A stretch of 64,000 nucleotides of DNA from Cenococcum geophilum (GCA_050273025.1 CP158635.1:3658001-3722000); one strand, 5' to 3'; counted from the stretch's first letter, positions 13,780 through 27,400 are shown. Notes: generated from the sequence alone by a model not told the origin. Numbers and translations are program-made.

Positions 13780-14785
13780 ATGCCATCTAAAAGTATTCTA
13801 TTTGGCTTAGCGCAGCTTATAAATAGCGAGAAATATAATAACTTAAAACTTATATGCTAGGGGCTGGAGTTTAAAGTCTATAAAGCGATTATATATACCC
13901 AATCTCTTATACTTACAGCTGCCTATAATAGAGGCTTTTAGGTAAAAGCTAACTAAATATTTAGTAGAATTGACCCTAACTAACTAACTAACGGGTAGGA
14001 GGCGGCGACTAATATTATAAATATTAACGAGTTCGATTCCGGTACCGTTAAGAGGATGATCTAATTTATATATAAGAGGGATTATAAGAATAGTAAGGAG
14101 GAGTAAGGATCTAATATTAACGACGCTGATGCCTTATCGCTATCTAAACTAGATAATAGCGGTGGCGATGATAAAGATATAATGATACGGCCGATAACGG
14201 CCCATATTACACTTTGTCACGTCTATATTAATGTAATTACTAATTACTATAATATACTACAGCTAAAAGAGCTTGCGAATATAAAAATCTAATATATTTT
14301 AGGAACTAGCTGGTCCGTAAATAGGTTTCCTAATATTATTAAGGATGTCTTTAGCCTAATAGGCGACTTAGTATTATATAATATAATTACCTTAATAGCG
14401 GCTAAGTATATTAAAGACCTTATTAAACTTAGGGACTTTATAGAGCTAGACGTTATAAGCAATTTCGCCATCGGTATTATACGGACAGCGATTACCGCAT
14501 CTAAGGATATGGAGGAAAATTTTATGCTAAAACTTTAAGCTGTTTAATCTCAGCTATAATAAATAGAATTACTGCTTTAATCCACTAAGGTAAGGTATGT
14601 CGCGGCTAAGCGCAAAAGTAAAAATATTAATAACTATCTTAATACCCTCTGTACGACTAGGACCTATTATAATATTAATTGCAGAGCTGAGTTTATATAT
14701 TATATTAAGGACAGTAGTTATCTATCCGACCCTAATTACCCTTATATACTTTGTTATAAAAGGTGCGAGTGTTATATATAAGTAA
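13780..14785 (+). pseudogene. BTB/POZ-domain protein, RIP-inactivated
   Basis: ATG 13,780; LAQLINSEKY...LKLIC*GLEFKVYKAIIYTQSLILTAAYNRGF, an intron, then EAATNIININEFDSGTVKRMI*FIYKRDY and TLCHVYINVITNYYNILQLKELA: typical fungal BTB fold plus following helices; Cys-rich tail. Confidence 0.88.
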
Positions 14786-14925
14786 AGATACATAGCTTAG
14801 GAGATCGGCTTAAGTAGGAAGTCATTATATTATTTAGGTTAATCTAAGAAATTCAAATGTATATCTCGTCCATAGTTAATCCATTAGATATTGTGTAGTA
14901 ACTATATTATCTATCTCCCATTAGC

Positions 14926-15077
14926 CTCCCCTTACCTTACCCCTTACCCTTTACCCCTTACCCCTTACCCTTTACCCCTTACTCCTTACCCCTTACTCCT
15001 TACCTCTTACCCTACCCTTTATCTTATCCTTTACCTTACCCTCACCTTTACCCTCACCTATTACCCCTTACCCCCCT
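14926..15077. repeat. (CCCCTTA)n-like C-rich simple repeat
   Basis: About 20 degenerate 6-7 bp units ccccttA/ccctca between the convergent BTB and captain 3' ends. Confidence 0.9.
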
Positions 15078-15312
15078 AGACGAATTATAAAATCCTAGTT
15101 ATTATATCTATTCTACTAAATACTAGAATAGGATTAGATAATAATAGACTAAAATAAAATAAAAAGTGGTAAAGAATAATAAGATAAGCGAGAAATAACT
15201 AGGAAAAGGTCCTATGTATAAGGAACGTATAGTTCTAAATTTACCAGTTATATACCTTTCTATTAGTACTAGAGGGTTAGTATAGGATTCTTATATAAGT
15301 AAGGCGACTTAC

Positions 15313-17834
15313 CTAGCAGTGCCTCTTAATTAGATGCTATACGCCATATATAAGGGCTACGTGATTTTTAAAATGCTTAAGTCCTTTAATCCACTCTAAA
15401 TAATAAGGATGCTTATAGCGGAACCTCTACCTAAACACTCCTTCTATAACGTGATTATTAAGATGCTTTTATAGTGTATCCTTTTTTATAAATAGGCGGG
15501 TCTGCCTTAGTATTAAGAGTTAGTTATCGCCAATATAGATAAGGCAAATAAGATTAGTAAACGTTATAGGATGCGGCAGCTGTATTATCTTAACACCCTC
15601 TTCCTTAATTGGGACCGTGCTCTACGTCTTATTTAGGTTTTCTTAAAAAGGCGAGTTTAAGCTAATATATTCTTTCTGCTGCTTTGCCTATTAATAGGTA
15701 CTAGTATTAGTGTTACTTATACCTCTTTTTACGCCTATTATACTTTAGTCTACTTTAGACCTAAGTTAAAGTCTAATAGCCTTGTTTAGGATCCTATTCT
15801 ACTAGCTTCTTATTAATTATAATACTTAACGAGATTACGGATAAACTTTATACGGAGTTTTATAGCGTGCCCTTTTTTAAGCTCGTTTAGCGGCTAAGAC
15901 AGCAGTTTAGCAATAGCAGCGCGTTTACGAAATTTATACTATATAGCTAAATGGGTAGGAATGTCCGTTCTAACGCTACCGCTAAGCTGTCTTTTAATAT
16001 TGTAATTATTAATAGCGTTATAAAAATTGAGAATGACTTAGTCCTCTTTTTGTTTATATAGGACGTTTATAACACTATAAAGTTTACGTCTAGCTTTATT
16101 GTAACGGTTATATAGTTTTATTCCCTTTACGGCGTTAATAAAGTAATATCCTTAGCTCCTAATCTTTCGCTTATATTGCTCTCGTTTCTTATAAAGCTAT
16201 AAAATATTAGGGTGTTAATTAAGTTCTAACTAGAATTTAAGTTTCTGCTTATTAGTTAGACCTATAGGGGCCCGCTTATCCCTTAAAATCCCTATCCGTG
16301 CGGCATATTAAATAAGGTTGTCCTATAATAAAGTCCTAAAGTAGATTAACTAGAAATTGCGCTTAATTAAATTAGGTAAATAAAACTATTAGTAGGTATT
16401 ACTGTAATAACCTATTATCTAATTTTGCTTTTCTAGAGTAAGGGTAGCTAAAAAGGTTAGTTAATAGATGCACTTATATTAAATTAGACACTTACTATTT
16501 AATTTTCTTCTAAACGCTTGTCGTAGCTAGTAAAGTTTAAGCGATTATTTAAACCTAGCTACTCGGCCTAACTATATGTAGTAATCACGGCATTTCTAGT
16601 AAGGGAATACTTTGGTGTCCGACACTCCCCTATAACTAGCTATTATCTTAATATCTTAAAAGATGGGTTGTTCCTCCATCTGCTTCTTAAACTTTACTTT
16701 AAAACTCTCTTTATTTACTAGGATTTTAAGTTTAAAAATCTCTTCTAGTAAAGTATAATAGCGTTAAAATATATTATCCGCAATAGTAAGGCTTATAAGA
16801 TAGGATAGAATATAAAAAGCTAGGATGCTTTTAAGACGGAAAATAAACCTCTTACTATAGGTCTATTAGCGCCATTCGCGCCATCTTTAATTAGTATCGC
16901 TATATACCGTCTACCTATGCCTTTAGAATTCTTAATATACACGAGACTTATAAGGGTAATAGTTGTGGTTTAATTAAAGTTTTTCACATCGCGAACTTTT
17001 AGGATTATGATATATTTATACAAAAGCGCTTTATTAGAGCCTCTTACGCTTAAACTTTTAATAAAAGCTTAGGGTCTTATTGCCGTAGCACTAGAGAGGA
17101 GGAGGATTGCTCCTATTTATACTCAAAAACGACTATAGTAAGGCTTTACGTCCATTGTTTAATAGGTATTAATAATTGTATATAAGTCTTATATATACAT
17201 TATATACTTTTCTTTCTCTAATATATCTAGCTCGTATATTAGCGTTAAGTAGGTTGGAATCCACTATAACAAATTAGCCAAGTTTTTTTTTTTAAAGGTT
17301 AAAGATCGCCCTATATCTTGTATATTAAGTTCTACGCCATTATTTATACTATAGCCTGCTATATCTATGAATTTGCATAGAATTTGTCTCTAGTACGCCT
17401 TAATCGCGCTTTCCTTTTTAATTCGAGAATTCTTTACGCGCTATTTAAGGTATATTTTAAACATATCGGCCACGTACTAATAAAGGGCCTCGGTTAGGTT
17501 AGACTTAACTTTTAGGTAGAACCTAAATATAAATTGTTAGTATTATAAGGTAAATCTTAGTTTAAATATAAACGAACTTTTCCTAATTCTAGAACTTATA
17601 CTTAATAAGAGAAGTAGACTAAGGCTTCTGTTTTAACTTCGCTCTTCCTTAACCCTTATAATACGCAATCTTCTGCCATAAATATTCCCCCTTAGACTTG
17701 GCGTCTTCCCTAGCTCTAGAGTTAGAGCTTAAATCTAAGTCTAAAGCTAGCTTAGAATAAGACGGCTTACCTAGTTTAAGGTTTAAGCTAGAGGCTAAAT
17801 CTGTATTTTGCCATTTCTTATTTTAAGAGGGCAT
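15313..17834 (-). pseudogene. DUF3435 tyrosine recombinase (Starship captain), multi-exon, RIP-inactivated
   Basis: ATG 17,834. Raw exons: MFKIYLK*RVKNSRIKKESAIKAY*RQI; WIPTYLTLIYELDILEKEK...GAILLLSSATAIRP*AFIKSLSVRGSNKALLYK; LGRVARFK*SLKLY*LRQAFRRKLNS; EKQN*IIGYYSNTY**FYL...RDKRAP; C-terminal Cys/His finger (CLIYIGD...KHL...HFKNHVALIYG). These match DUF3435 motifs (RP, LGRxAGF, YxLRR, MGH). Confidence 0.92.
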
Positions 17835-18450
17835 AGTGGTTAAACGCATAGTGTCTTAGTGCTTTAGTAGCTGCCAGTTACCTATACGTAAAAGCTAGCT
17901 TAAGAGTAACTACTATTAATAGGAACGCTAAAAAAGGCTCTATAGGAGATAGGCGTTCTTAAAAGCGGGACAGGGCTAAAAAACCCCATAAGTAGAAACC
18001 TAGAAATCGAGTATTAAAAGTGAATAATATAATAGCAGGGGAAAATGCATACGTAGCTACTGTGGGAAAATGGTTAAAGGAGCGTAGTATAGAAGGGAGG
18101 TTTTATCGGGTAAGGGTAGTACTTTTAGTAGAGGATAAGGACGAAGGTGGAAACTGGATTAAGTAGGCGGCGGACGTCCATAGCTTCTTAAATAGCTATT
18201 AAGGGACGTTTAGGGAGCTTCGAGAGGTGTGTTGTAGGGCTGCACGCGCGCTTCTAGGTTTGGTAGGTAAGAGAGACCCTACCGCCCTTGGCACGCTTAG
18301 CACGTTATAAAAGTGGCGACAGACATGGGTCTAAGCGAGGAGAAACAGCCTCCTAAAATGGGGGGTAGGAACCTCTAAATCCGGCTGCGTCTTCCCCAAT
18401 AACAAGATTCTAGTAGGAATAATAACTAAGGTTATATAATAAGCTATATA

Positions 18451-21400
18451 AAAAAAGCCATAGTAGCAGTAAAACTAGCCTAAAAACTACTTAATAAAGC
18501 AATCTAATATCGGAATCCTACTCCTAGTACTAAGAAACCCTATAAAACTATGTTGCCCCTATCCGCAAAGTATAGGGGACAACGGAGGGGCGTAGGCTCC
18601 CCGCTAGAGTCGCGAAAGTCGCGACGCGACAGAGCCGAACTATAAACTAGGTAGGTAATAACGCGAAAAGGATAGCTGCTAGCTTAACCAGCAGTGGCAA
18701 AAACTAAAGGAAATACTTAGATAAATTAAAGACGATCTTATAAAAGAGGAGGAAGAAACTCTACGGTACTAGATACTTACTTCCGTTTAAGAGGTAATAT
18801 AATAAGTTAAAGCCCTTTTAACGCGCCTAGCCCCCTAAACAACCTAAGAAAAAGAGACTAAGGCCTAGCTTAACTGGATTAAAGCTAGTATTAAGAAAAT
18901 TTAAAAAGAAATATATAAAGCAGGACCTTTAGGCTTAGGAGCCCCTTTAGTATAGGGCTAGACCTAGGCAGCCGTTACTGCGCAGGCGGCCCATATGGTA
19001 AACACAGTCGCGACACTATAGAGAGCAACCGTACGCGTCCGGCTTAAGGAGCCCTAGGGCCACGAACTATGGGAGCTCCTTAAGACTATCTAGAAGATAA
19101 TACTAAGTATATACGCGGTACGCACCCTTAATAGTAGGGACGTAGATGTTTATATCCCCTCCTAAATAATAAAGGACTAAATCCTAAACGGACTAGATAT
19201 GCTAGGACTAAAGATACTAAGGAAAGACTACCTCCTAGAAGTACCTAGGGTCCCGCTTAAAACCCTAATTAATAGTAAAAGAAACGTAGATAATGTGGAA
19301 TTAACCTAATCTATCTATAAAGCTATAAAGCGCCTTGTGCTTAGGATAGCTATTAGCTAAATCTAATGGCTATATAACCCTAAAGCGTAGGCGAAACGTT
19401 AGGTAAACCCTAGTAGTACTTAGAGAGAGCCTAAGAAGACTAGAGAAATAATTATAATTAGTGTTCTAACCTAGGCAATTTAATAAAAAATTATAAAAAG
19501 TGGGATAGTTATTAACTCCTAGCTCTTTAAAACTAGGCTATTTAAGAACAGCCTAATTATAAAGCAATGCTACCGCTATAACTAATAGGGATATATATAA
19601 AGCGTATATAGAAAGTAAATAAAATGCGGGTAATATACGGGACTATATAGCACTATGGATTACCCTAAGAAGAGGGTATCCTACGTTAATTACGGTAAAG
19701 CCTATAAAGTATAGTAAAGAAAGGAGTATAGGACCTTCTAAAGCTATTTTAAGGGTATTTAAATAAAAAGGATGGCCCTCTTAACGCAGTCGCTCCGTAT
19801 ATAAGAAGCTATAGAAATAATACTCCAATCTCCAATACTAGGAAATTTTATAATTATTACTAATAAAAAAAGAGGACGGGAAATATTGTACCTAGGGACC
19901 TAAGAATAACTACTTAAATGGGGACTAGGTAAACTATTATTTATTAAAAGAGCAAGTAGAGATAGATTATAAGTAAGGCTTTAGCTTCGCGCTAATAGAG
20001 TAATAATAATTACTAGTAAAAATAAAGAGGAATAGGACATAGATATAGATAAGCCTATACCCACTTAAAATGAGTAGGTATATAATTATCTAGTATAACT
20101 ACGGAAATGCAAACCAAGGGGTATATCGCCCCTTCTTTAACAGCGTTATACTGGTGGACTATTAGGTCCTTATAGTTTAGGAGCTGGCATATAATAGATA
20201 CACTAAATTAACTTACTGCCCTAGGGGATTTACACTTATATATAACGCTCTCCCTATAATAAAGGTCTGCTTTATAATTAGCTAGAATATTAATACTACG
20301 TATTAAAAACGCAGACAGTACGGCCCCTTTATTATAGCTCTATAGCTGCGCCTAGAAGGACTAAAGACTATAATTATTAACGTTTATAACCTACGCGGAA
20401 ATGGCCCCCAAATTAAGACATGGCTGGAGGTTAAAATAGCTATTAAGGAGGCTAAGGGAGAAATTATACTCCTAGGCGATTTTAATGCCCACTACCTAAT
20501 ATAGGGCGGAAAATATATAGCTAGCAAAGAGCAGGCGGAATACCTCCTGGCCGAAACTAATGCTAAAGGTCTTATACTCGCCATACTAAAAGGAGAACCT
20601 ATATAGAAAAGAGGGTAATAGGAGAGTGTAATTAACCTCACGTTTATATCACCAGACCTATATAGGAAAGTTAATTTCTATAGTATAGTTAAGGAATGGG
20701 CCCTTATAAGAGACTATATACCTATCCGCATCTAAATTAATAACGTAGGCTATCCGCCAGCGGAACGCTAGCGCTTCGCCCTTAGGAAGCTAAACTTATA
20801 AGACTTCTTCTAAAGCATTTAGGAGCTTAACTAGGCTATATCTAAAGATCCCCTTTATACCCTCTAGAAAGGGATTAAGTAAGCACTTAAATAATACTAC
20901 CTATAAGCATAGCCCAGCAAGTAGGCCCGCTAAGAATAGTTGCTATACGCTATACAGCTACACGCTAGCGCCCGCTAGGCGCAATAATAGCTCTAAGCTT
21001 ATAACAACCCCTAGGACCATTAAAGATATCTAGCACTAAGCAATTAACTGCAAAAAGAGACTAGGAGAGTTAGTTGTAATAACTAAAGGCGCTTTATCTA
21101 TAAACTTACTAAGGACTAAATAAAACCTTATAATAAGGGACTCTGGATTCTATTAAAGTAGAGTAGAAAAGCAAGCGTAGCGAAGGTGGACCCCTACTTA
21201 CTAGACCTTAGGAGGTCTACTAAGAACCCCCTAATAAATAATAACACTATAAAAGCTAAGATTCTTATAGCTAAGTTCTTCCCTAAAATAAGAATAGCGA
21301 ACTTAAATAATATTAAGATAAAAGCAATAATAGAATAAAGGGTACTTAATATTAGCCTAATTATCTTAATAGAAGAACTTAGTAAGCTAATTAGGAGCCT

Positions 21401-24400
21401 CTTAAATGGAAAAGCCTTAGGACTAGATGGTATACTAAATAAGGTTCTTAAAGTAGTTGTGTGACAGTGCTGGTGCGCGTCACCTGCCACATTTAACCAA
21501 TTAGGATTTTCCATGCCCGGCATGGAAAATCGCTATTGGCTCGCTTACCACTAGCGCCTTAGCGGCCCTCGCGACATGTCTACCTACTGCCCCTGAACGA
21601 TTCTCCTTCTTCTTCTCCTTAGCTTAGTATCTTTACTAGATAGCAATCCACAAGCTTCGGTTCAGAGGCAATTGTGCGAGCCGTCACATTATACTAAGCT
21701 CTCCTTCCACTGCCTGGGAAGGCCTTAATAATATCCCACCCCTAAAAAAGAGAAGATCTTCGTCTGCAATAACGCGTTAACACACTATACTCAGACATCT
21801 AAATAACTCTATACTGCCTACGAAGGCCTTAACAATACCCCACTTTGCGAGCCAGATAGGACTAGACCTATACCCCCCGGAATTAAAACCGAATTGTACA
21901 ATTCCGACGAACCCTAGGAAGCCAATAATGGCACCTAAAGCAAGCTTATCTAAAAGAGCTGCCCCAACCCAAGAAGAATACGAGATTTAATTGGGATCCG
22001 AAATTGAAGATAACGATGATATTATAGACGTATACAAGCAGATTCGTGCCCTAACGGCTAATTAAGAAGCTAACCGTCTCTAAGCTTAAAGCACACAGGA
22101 GACCCTACAAGAGATCCTAAACAGCCTTGCAGCTCTTTAAAGCAGCTTAGCTCCCCCTTTTAGAAGTCCTAGTTAACCTATCTACTTAACCAAGGATAAT
22201 ATACCAGGGAGTACGGAAACAATAACGAAGTAATTAAAGTCCGTTAAGCTCCTTGACCCCTAACCACTGTCTAATAGGATAGACCCTACCTTTAAGAATT
22301 AGAGGATTTAAATATAAGGAAAGCTCCGCGTTAACTATAACTATTTCCTTTCTAAAGAAGCTAAGATGCTTTACCTCTTTAGTTAAACTACTAGGGACGC
22401 CTAAAAGCACCTCCAAGCCAAGTTTGAGGACGAGTTACCTGTTCGGTTTACATCTGTTAATAAGATACTATAGCACCTAGCGGCTATCTATATAAACCTG
22501 AATAAAGTACGCAACGCTAGGTACAACTATAATCGCCTAATAATAAGACCGAACCAATTCTTTACTAAGTTTTAGACCTAATTCCTATACCTAGCAGGCG
22601 AAGGCTAGGTCCCCCTTAAAAACTACTAATTAGACCTATATAATAAACTAACAGTTTGATTATAAGAGAAGATTACGGTAGCCCTAGACGACCTACCAAC
22701 CCACTAAAGACTTATAGCCCGTTGTCTGTCATTGGATTTAAAACTACGGCGAATTAATACCCGCACCAATCGGTAGAAGAAATCCTATAGTAATTAAAAA
22801 CCGACAATTACACCTACTGGGGCTGGCACTGGAAAACTAGTGGAAAGTACCCCTATACCTAAGGTAGGTATAACTGCCCTTTAGTAGGCCTCTCCCAATT
22901 GACCACGTGCTACGCCCCTAACTAATACCTATTGTAACACCCTAATCGACCCTGCTACAGCCACGTGCTTTAACTGCGGAAAAGATAGATACTTTGCCTC
23001 GTCTTGCCCAGAGCCGAAAGATATAGGCGATATTAAGGAGATAGAGGAAGGAGAAACGTCCGACGAGTCGGGAAAAGAAGAACCCTAGGGAAAGACTCCC
23101 CCCTAGGGTACCCTATTGATCTTAAAGAGATTAATCTAAGTTAGTTAATGGGTGGAAAACACTTTACGGTTCTATATATAGTATCTTAAAATGCATATAG
23201 AGTTAATATAACCGCCCTTATTAACACTGGAGCAAATGGCTTTGCCTTTATAGATACTACCTATATAACTAACGTTGCTAGGTTCCTAAATATAAAAGCC
23301 ACCTAGCTAGAGAAGCCTGTTTAAGTAAAAGGCTATAACGGCCAAGCCGGTAAGCCGGTTACCTACGTATTAAAGTTATATATTTCCCTTAATAGACGAC
23401 GCCTATATGGTATACCCTTCTGTATTCTAAACCTAGGTTCCTATAACATAATCCTTAGTTAGAAGTAGATATCCTATTTCAATATCTGGCTAAACGTTTA
23501 ATAAAGGTAGCTTATTTGGCCAAAGGATAGACCGAAATTACCCTCCTTTATTAAAGAGATCCGAACTAACTGTAGGACATTAGCCGTAAAGGCGGATCCC
23601 ACCTATAAGTAAAATATTAGGGACTGGGACCTAGCCTTTATATAGGAAGACGCCCGTTACGAAGCTAGTAAGAACCCTATACTAACGAAAATACTCTCCC
23701 GTAGTGCTATGGTTAAAGAGGACTCTATATACGGAAGCGGAACGGATAGTAACGTAAAAGTCGCCTAAGTTGCGAAGATCCGACCTATATGGAAGAGGAC
23801 CTACTAATAGGATACGAGAGATAGCCTCTGGAAGATGCAGTAGGAGCTAAAGGGAGGAACGAGAAGGTCGATACCCTAGAAGCCTCGGAAATTATATATA
23901 CCCCTACTATCACGTAACCCTCCTACGTTAGATATTGCGGCTATTAGTGCTATAGGGTTCTACTTTAATATATACCAGAAGGACAACGAGGTTTTTATAA
24001 CTAGCTTATACGAAATCAACCGGATTATTAATAAGAAGGAAGAAGGGCTAGCTGAGGAAAGTAATGAGGAGCTAGTTAAGCGCCTCTTTCCTACCTATCT
24101 CTTAAGCTATAGAGACGCGTTCTCGAAAGCAGCTTTAGATATGCTACCCCCCTACCAAATATATAATTATAAGATTTAATTAGAAGCCAATAACTTGCTA
24201 GGATATAGCCCCCTCTATTAATAATTAACGGATAAGCTAAAGGCAATAAAGCAGTACTTAATTAATAACCTTAATAAAGGGTTTATCGAGCCTAGCTAAG
24301 CCCCTTTTGCTTTCCCTATTCTATTTATAAAAAAGCCTAATAGAGGCCTTTGTTTTTGTATTGACTATTAGAAACTAAACGCTATTACTTAAAAGGATCG

Positions 24401-27400
24401 GTATTCTATTCCTTTAATTGACGAGACCCTTATACGTTTAAGCTAGGTAAAGATCTTTACCAAACTTAATATCCGCTAAGCTTTCTATTAAATTAGGATA
24501 GACCCTATATCTAAAGATTTAATAACGTTCCGTACCCGTTATGGGTCCTATAAATATAAAGTCCTTCCTTTTAGGTTAATAAATGGGCTAGCTATATACT
24601 AAAGGTACATAAATAATGTCCTTTTTAACTACCTTAATAAGTTCTACACGGTATACCTGGATAATATCCTTATATACTTGGACGACAAACTTAAGCATAA
24701 AGTTCATGTTAAGAAGGTCCTAGAGAGATTACGGAACGCGGGCTTACAAGTTAATATTAAGAAATGTAAATTTAGGGTAAAACGCACGAAGTACCTTGGG
24801 TTTATTGTGAGTATAGATGGGATTAAAGTTAACCCTAAAAAGGTTAAAGCAATCCGTAGCTAGAAGCCCCCTTGTACTATAAAGGGGATCCAGTCCTTCC
24901 TTAGCTTTTATAATTTCTATTACTAGTTTATCTATAACTATAGAGTTATAGCAAAGCCTCTTATACGACTTACCCAGAAAGATACGCCTTTTATATTTAA
25001 TAATGACTATATAGAGGCCTTCGGAGAGTTAAAGGATCGGCTTATCTCTTCTCTAATTCTGTGTTATTATAACCCGGATCTTAAATTAATGCTAGAAATG
25101 GATACTTCCGACGGAGTTATAGTAGGAGTCCTATTACAGTTACATCTGGACGGCAAATAGTACCCTATTACTTTCTTCTTAAAAATAATAGACCTGGCCG
25201 AGTATAACTACGAAGTATATAATAAAGAAATGCTGGCTATTATTTAATCGTTGTCCTAATAGCGCGCGGAGCTTAAAGGCATGAATTCTTGGATTAAGGT
25301 CTATACTAATTATAAAGCCTTAGAGTATTTTATAATAATAAAGCAGCTTACCGGCCGATAGGCTTAATAGGCTAAAATACTCTCTTAATTCTTTTTTACG
25401 ATTATATACCGCCCGGGTACATAAAACTCTAAGGCTAATGCTTTAACCTAGAGAGAATAGGACGTAGGCCCCTAGGATAAGCTAAAGGCGCAACATTAAA
25501 TATGCGCCCTCCTCTGTCCTAAACAGCTTGACCCACGTATCCTTAAGGAACTGAGCTCTAAAGAGAATAAGCTAGTACCTATAAAAGGAGAGTTCTTAGA
25601 CAAGCTAATGGGATTAGTTAACTACATCTTAACCATAAACCGCACGGTTAAATCCCTAAAGGCCCTCCGCGACTAGGCCTTAAAAGGTAACCCTAATTTA
25701 GAAATAGAAGAAGAACTACTCTTATACTAAGAACGGCTTATAGTTCCGGATATTAACAACCTACGGACAGAGCTAATCCGTGAGGCCCACTGTTAAGTCT
25801 TAATGGCGCACCTTGGTTAGGATAAGACCCACCAACTACTAGCGCCCTATTACTATTGGTGAGGACTCCTATTTAATATAAAACGATTTATTAGAAACTG
25901 CTACGCCTATAAACGTGCGGATGCCCCTAGGGATCGAACTCCTAGGTAGTTACGTCTATTGCCAGTTCTAGAACGCCCTTGGCAATATATTATAATAGAC
26001 TTTAAGTCGTTTCTAAAGGACGCCCACGGCTATAACGCGGCCTTTATAGTAATTAACCGACTATATAAGTAATCCGTCTCCCTCCCTTGCTTTAAGACCA
26101 CAACTGCGAAGGATATGGCTCGCCTTTACATCAATAATATCTATCGATTCTATGGCGCTCCCAAATTAATTATCTCTAATTGTGGTCCCTAGTTTATATT
26201 GGACTTCTAGAATAAATTTTGCCGTATCCTTAGGATTAAGATTAAGCTCTCTACCGCATTCTACCCTTAGACTAATAGCTAAACTAAGATTATAAACCAG
26301 TACCTTAACTAGCGACTACGTCCCTTTGTAAACTACTATTAGGATAACTAGTCGGAATTACTGCCTATAATAGACTACGCGCAGCTTACGCTCCCCCATA
26401 ATAGCATAGGGATATCGCCATTTGAACTGCTTAACGGGTACGCACTACGAACGTCCTTTAATTGGGATAGGCCTACTAAACCTACTACGGCTCGCGAACG
26501 CCTTAGCCACGAAGAGGCCTAGGCATTTGCTGAGAGAATACACGGGGCCTAGGAGACTGCTTAAATAATTATAAAAAAGGCGTAAGAGAAGAAAGAGGCC
26601 GACGTAAATTAGTATTGTCGCGAAGTAGACTTCTAAGTAGGAGATAGGGTATAGGTATTAACAAAAAACTAGAAAACCTAGAGGCCAAGCCGCAAGTTAG
26701 ACCACTAAATGGCTGGTCTATATAAGATTTTGGAGAAGGTAGGATACTCCTTTAGGGTCGAACTACCAGATTCAATAAAGATCTACCCTATTTTCTCCCC
26801 AGACCGATTATAAAAGGCTGCGAATAACCCACTGCCTAGATAGTATAACGACCCTCCGCCGCCAATTTAGATTGTAGAGGATAAGGAATAGGAAGTTAAA
26901 GAGATCCTAGCAGTTAAGAAGGTCTATAGTGTCTTAAAATACCGTATAAGCTAGGTTGGCCACGATAAGGACCTAGAATGGTATCCTGCATCTAATTTTA
27001 AGTACTCCCCCTATAAACTACAAGACTTCCACCTAGCCTACCTAGACCTCCCCAGACCACCAAGCAAGTTAGATAGCTGGATTAAATGCTAGAAAGAAGG
27101 GTTAGATAATTATAATAATTTAGACAATAATAAGGAACTTGGATAACGCCTAAGGGCAGGCTTTTTTAAGAGGGGGGGGTAATGTGACGGTGCTGGTGCG
27201 CGTCACCTGCTACATTCAACCAATTAGGATTTTCCATGCCCGGCATGGAAAATCGCTATTGGCTCGCTTACCACTAGCGCCTTGGCGGCCCTCGCGACAT
27301 ATCTACCTACTGCCCCTAAACGATTCTCCTTCTTCTTCTCCTTAGCTTAGTATCTTTACTAGATAGCAATCCACAAGCTTCAGTTCAGAGGCAATTGTGC

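Larger units (their letters stand above)
1..18414 (-). mobile_element. RIP-inactivated Starship-type giant transposon, 5' portion (continues left of the window)
   Basis: DUF3435 captain is the first gene, ~580 bp inside a sharp junction with an interrupted LTR at 18,414/18,415; non-TE cargo genes downstream are equally RIP-mutated. The other end is not in the window. Confidence 0.75.

Noticed and set aside
14891..15079. Pro/Leu/Thr/Tyr repeat ORF, or an interstitial telomere
   Set aside because: Translation of a simple repeat; unit is CCCCTTA/CCCTCA, not CCCTAA.
18414..18425. TTAC-type Starship target motif near the junction
   Set aside because: The cognate LTR has TTACTATTCCT, but LTR homology runs 7 nt past TTAC and the second boundary is not visible, so a direct repeat cannot be assigned.
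24678..24863. Stand-alone 61-aa gene
   Set aside because: Stop-free fragment of the Gypsy B reverse transcriptase.
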